Source: a virus (Duplodnaviria > Caudoviricetes). From it: 28,888 nt of DNA. The notes under the pieces are model-generated. The model was not told the DNA's origin. It searched no databases and saw nothing but the letters and a program-made list of their open reading frames with translations. The stretch is from positions 1 through 28,888 of IMG/VR virus record IMGVR_UViG_3300037493_001368. One strand, 5' to 3'. How positions within the stretch are numbered: the stretch's first letter is position 1; the number at the start of each line of letters is the position of its first letter. A program made the position numbers and the translations under genes. Of the stretch, positions 25,333-28,888 are shown in pieces.

Positions 25333-27384
25333 CTAGGCGGTCATGTATTTATTAGGGTTAATTTTCTTACCTTGTTTCTTAGAGCCTGTACGTTCTTTAC
25401 GAACTTTATCCATCATTGCATAGAACTTCTTAGCACCGCCACTGCGTTTAACTTGCTCTGGTGGGATGTACGCTTCGCCATCTGCAACGCGAGCTGGCTG
25501 TCTACCGTTAATAGTAGTTTTAATTGAGTCTGACATGCCATCACCAGCACCACGGATAGGACGAGCATTATGTCGTTTTTGTAAAGCTGCTAGACCTGCA
25601 TCAGTACTACCATTGCCTAAGTGACTAACTACGTCTGCTGGAACTACAAAGCCGCCATCTTTCAACCCGCCGCCAGCCGCTTTCATGGTAGGTTGTTGTG
25701 GGTTAATGTTAGAGAACTGTGCTTGTTCTACTGCACCAGGCATTGTGCCTGTCATTACTGAAGCCGCTGGGTTATAAGTCCGTTGAGCTGCGTTGATGTA
25801 GTCTTGCATAGTTAGTGGCGCGGAAGGGTTAGCATTATGCAGCATTTTCCCAAATATTCTTCCCATACTATTAGCACCACCTTTGCCGCCCATACCACCC
25901 ATACCGTTAGGTTCAACTTGATTGCCAGATGTTCTACCCATTGGGTCTGTAATTGCATTACCTAATAATGAGCTAAGACCATTAGGTGTACTTGCTTGTG
26001 TGCCGTCAGCATTTGGAATTGCTGCTACGGTTGATAGGTCTGTTGGTGCAACGCCATAAGAAGCTACGCCACCCATTGTTGGTATGTACCCACCTGCATC
26101 AAAGCCAACTACTTTTGCATTCTCAGTAGCAGCTGCTGACGCTAGATTGTTTAGTCGACCTAAGCCGTATGGCTCAGCTAGTGTGTTTTGTGCTGCGGTA
26201 CCATCTGGACTACTATATAAGTTTGCAACGCCACCAGTAGTCAACCCACCCTGCGCATAGCCTGGCGCTTTGTTGAAACCTGGGTATGGGTTAGCCTCAT
26301 TAAAATAAGAAAGCTCTGGGGAGCCAGCTGTGCGATTAGCCAATAGTTCTTGTTCTGTAAACGTTCTTGGGCCACGGTCTTGTGCAGAATACGGACCTTC
26401 GTATTTCATTTGGTAACTGGTATCTTCTGGAACGCCTGGCTCGTCTGGTTGAATTGCTAATAATGGAGACGCAACAGTAAGAGCATCCATCCATGGAGAA
26501 TTCTTTATAACATTTCCTGCGGCATCTTGGTATCCAGCTTTAAGGAAGTCAGAGTAATTGCCAACCCCACCAGGCTGCATTAATTTACTTACGCCAGAAC
26601 CAATGTCACCCATTGCACCTGTTTGTGCTACGTTACCTACTGAGTTAATAGCCGTATCAGCTACACCTTGAGTTAGACCACCCATACCTACGGGGGTTGT
26701 AGACATTAAACCTGTACCTGCTGCTTCTCCAACTGATTGACCTACAGTACCAACTAAGTTTTGTGGTATTGATTTTAAACCACCTAGAGTGCCTTCCCCT
26801 ACGTTTCCTATAGAACCAACTAAGTTATCAGGAATAGATTGCATTGCCCCTAGCGTATTACCACCTACTGTACCAACCAAGTTTTGTGGTATTGCCCCTT
26901 GCATTCCGCCTAGTCCGCTTGAAGCTTGAGCTGCAAGATAATCTGGAGCCGCAGTAGTAGCACTTTCTGCAATATTTGGAAGTAGTTTCGTTGTATCTAC
27001 GGCTGCTTCTGTACCAAACGCACTTAGGTTACCGGCTAAATTACTACCACCGTATCCACCAAGACCTGCACCAATGCCAGACATTAAATCACCGGTAGCT
27101 AAGAACCCTAGTGCACCGGTAGTCATACCCGCACCTAAAGCACTCATGCCTAAACCTGCTGGGCCTAAGAACGCGCCTAAAGCAATAGGTGCAACAGCAC
27201 CTAGAATATCACCAAACCAACCTGCTTCTGGTAGGCCTGTTTCAGGATTAATAGTCAAAGTACCACCACCTTGCATCGCAAGGGCTTGAAGACCCGCCAC
27301 TTCCCGCGGTTGCATGTGCACAAGCATTGACTCACCATTACGTCCTAGGCTTGCTACCCCTTGTGCTAATTGATGTCCTGACAT
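25333..27384 (-). CDS. putative internal virion protein
   Basis: 683 aa, Gly/Ala-rich; N-terminal GRNGESMLVHM...TINPETGLPEA; C-terminal FVVPADVVSHLGNGS and GDGMSDSI motifs. Confidence 0.65.
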   Translation of the reverse strand: MSGHQLAQGVASLGRNGESMLVHMQPREVAGLQALAMQGGGTLTINPETGLPEAGWFGDILGAVAPIALGAFLGPAGLGMSALGAGMTTGALGFLATGDLMSGIGAGLGGYGGSNLAGNLSAFGTEAAVDTTKLLPNIAESATTAAPDYLAAQASSGLGGMQGAIPQNLVGTVGGNTLGAMQSIPDNLVGSIGNVGEGTLGGLKSIPQNLVGTVGQSVGEAAGTGLMSTTPVGMGGLTQGVADTAINSVGNVAQTGAMGDIGSGVSKLMQPGGVGNYSDFLKAGYQDAAGNVIKNSPWMDALTVASPLLAIQPDEPGVPEDTSYQMKYEGPYSAQDRGPRTFTEQELLANRTAGSPELSYFNEANPYPGFNKAPGYAQGGLTTGGVANLYSSPDGTAAQNTLAEPYGLGRLNNLASAAATENAKVVGFDAGGYIPTMGGVASYGVAPTDLSTVAAIPNADGTQASTPNGLSSLLGNAITDPMGRTSGNQVEPNGMGGMGGKGGANSMGRIFGKMLHNANPSAPLTMQDYINAAQRTYNPAASVMTGTMPGAVEQAQFSNINPQQPTMKAAGGGLKDGGFVVPADVVSHLGNGSTDAGLAALQKRHNARPIRGAGDGMSDSIKTTINGRQPARVADGEAYIPPEQVKRSGGAKKFYAMMDKVRKERTGSKKQGKKINPNKYMTA
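26740..26915 (-). repeat. three intragenic peptide repeats of about 20 aa
   Basis: LGGMQGAIPQNLVGTVG / LGAMQSIPDNLVGSIG / LGGLKSIPQNLVGTVG; the DNA TACCAAC(T/C)AAGTTTTGTGGTATTG recurs. Confidence 0.8.
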
Positions 27385-27393
27385 ACTATATCC

Positions 27394-27624
27394 TTATATA
27401 ACTATCTTTAAAGTGCCGGCATCGTTCCACACACTTCCGACGGGCAATCCTGTTGCGCTAGTTGGTAAATTATTTAATGTAATACTATCAACAACAATGG
27501 GGTTTGTCGAGCCTAATTGCCTAAAATACGAGTTTAATGAACGCACTAGCTGGTCAAAATACTGTGGTGAGTATTCAGTCGGGGGTAATGGCAAGAGCGG
27601 AGGTGCAAATGATTTTAACGCCAT
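27394..27624 (-). CDS. small tail-associated protein
   Basis: 76 aa; LPLPPTEY, YFRQL, LPTSATGLPVGSVWNDAGTLKIV; AAGGGG RBS; follows the tail tubular gene. Confidence 0.6.
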   Translation of the reverse strand: MALKSFAPPLLPLPPTEYSPQYFDQLVRSLNSYFRQLGSTNPIVVDSITLNNLPTSATGLPVGSVWNDAGTLKIVI

Positions 27625-27626
27625 TG

Positions 27627-28886
27627 TTAACCCCTTGTTCCATCTGGACGTGCATCAACTCTAGGCATACCCAACTGCCACTGTGTACCCACATTACTAG
27701 ACTCGATTCTAAAGTTCATTTGACGACCACGAGCCCTGATAAATACTTGGTTTGTATACTGGTTAACCGTAGCGGTGGTGGTGATAATAGGTCTATCAGT
27801 TGCCACACCAGAAGCATTTATGTCTGAACTTGCAGCGCCAGGGAAGTTCCGTACCCCAACAGTAACCGTAGCTTCAGGGGTTATAGGTGCGCCCGTTACA
27901 GGGTTAGTAGTTTCTGAGCTAGTAAAGTTAATGTCTGGAATAACTCGACGAACTAACATGAATTTATCGCCATCTTCAATATCAACGTCAGCCGATTGGA
28001 TAAACGAGTTCATGCCTACAGGTGGTGCGCCTAGTGGTTGCCCATCGTTATTACCTGATTCATGTGTATATATCCAACCATCATGTGCGGCAAGGGGGAA
28101 ACTAAACACACCAGCATCAACCCAAGCGGTTCGATTAATATTGCCATAGTACCAAATGTTGTCTGCGTAGTTATATATAACGTACCTATCAATTTCAATT
28201 GAGTTAGCCGTGCAGTAGAACCATATAATCTCATTAAACTGATTATTAGTACCCGCAAAGAATATCTGCCCTTGTTGGCGGTTAATGTTCTCAAATACAA
28301 ATTGCCTTATAGTGCAAGGTAGCGTATCTACACGACCATTATAGATGTAGAACTTATCATTACCCATCCAATAAATAACGTTGTTAGCCGAAGCAACAGT
28401 ATTACCGCCTATAATTGATACCCCATTAGCAACTTCTTGAACACCAAACACTTCCGCAGTGCCTAAGAATTGCATAGATGATAAAGAGATATCTGTCCAT
28501 ACTAGTGTTTCTTGTTTAGCATGAAATGCTGTGATGATGCTTGTGCCTGATTGCAAGTACAAAAATCCAGCCGTATTAGTTAACTCTGGTTTCCAATTTG
28601 TTGGGTCTGGTCCTGTATCCGGAGATACATTTGCCCAGCGAATTAATAGCTGATTAAGTGAACCTAAGTAATCAGGTGCTGATGCCCCGGCGTCATACTC
28701 AGTACAGCTAAGCGCAATTAAATGCCCTGATGGGGCAAATATTAGTGTGCCTACTTGTTGAGGCACTGCAACTGCTCCGCCTAGTGACGACATTAAAACT
28801 GCGCGGGTATTAAAGTTAGAGTCATACGCCCAATAGTATACGTCTCCATTGGATACGCTAATTATCAAATCGTCATTAAAGTTGTC
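27627..28886 (-). CDS. tail tubular/DNA stabilisation protein (P22 gp10 or T7 gp12-like), 5'-truncated by the window
   Basis: Frame stays open to the window edge (...DNFNDDLIISVSNG); beta-rich; IRWA, YWMG, FNEIIWFY, RTAW, RARGRQ, PDGTRG motifs. Confidence 0.75.
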   Translation of the reverse strand, partial: DNFNDDLIISVSNGDVYYWAYDSNFNTRAVLMSSLGGAVAVPQQVGTLIFAPSGHLIALSCTEYDAGASAPDYLGSLNQLLIRWANVSPDTGPDPTNWKPELTNTAGFLYLQSGTSIITAFHAKQETLVWTDISLSSMQFLGTAEVFGVQEVANGVSIIGGNTVASANNVIYWMGNDKFYIYNGRVDTLPCTIRQFVFENINRQQGQIFFAGTNNQFNEIIWFYCTANSIEIDRYVIYNYADNIWYYGNINRTAWVDAGVFSFPLAAHDGWIYTHESGNNDGQPLGAPPVGMNSFIQSADVDIEDGDKFMLVRRVIPDINFTSSETTNPVTGAPITPEATVTVGVRNFPGAASSDINASGVATDRPIITTTATVNQYTNQVFIRARGRQMNFRIESSNVGTQWQLGMPRVDARPDGTRG

Positions 28887-28888
28887 GG

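Noticed and set aside
27622-27631. CATTGTTAA resembling the operator motif
   Set aside because: Explained by the stop codon and start codon of adjacent minus-strand genes; no promoter context.
15754-28149. Plus-strand ORFs opposite the virion genes (e.g. 18010-18723, 237 aa)
   Set aside because: Antisense shadows of long coding genes; Ser/Cys/Phe-rich with no recognisable motifs.
1-28888. Stop-codon reassignment, tRNA genes or an integrase
   Set aside because: Long genes are intact under the standard code with TAA, TAG and TGA all used as stops; no cloverleaf or recombinase motifs were seen.

Overview
This window is a 28.9-kb internal segment of a tailed dsDNA phage genome with podovirus-like organisation. 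A proteobacterial host is plausible but not demonstrable from the sequence. The + strand (1-15594) carries many small early genes, then a replication module: VRR-NUC nuclease, family A DNA polymerase (Leu762 type), Cas4/RecB-like exonuclease, small HNH protein, SNF2 helicase, putative SSB, HTH regulator and an AEP primase-DUF927 helicase fusion. The - strand (15663-28888) carries late virion genes: a partial tail tubular/stabilisation protein, a small tail protein, four putative internal/ejection proteins and a GNAT-like protein. The two blocks converge on a UUCG intrinsic terminator. The most notable observations are: (1) an intact-looking YkuD/L,D-transpeptidase catalytic domain inside the 2163-aa ejection protein; (2) a candidate ~56-nt C-rich small RNA with its own promoter and terminator, complementary to the ribosome-binding sites of two replication genes; (3) a candidate RNA pseudoknot switch over the primase RBS and start codon; (4) a structured 214-nt leader before the helicase; (5) a palindrome/tandem-repeat array at 4366-4533. 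Family assignments come from motif recognition by eye, not database searches.
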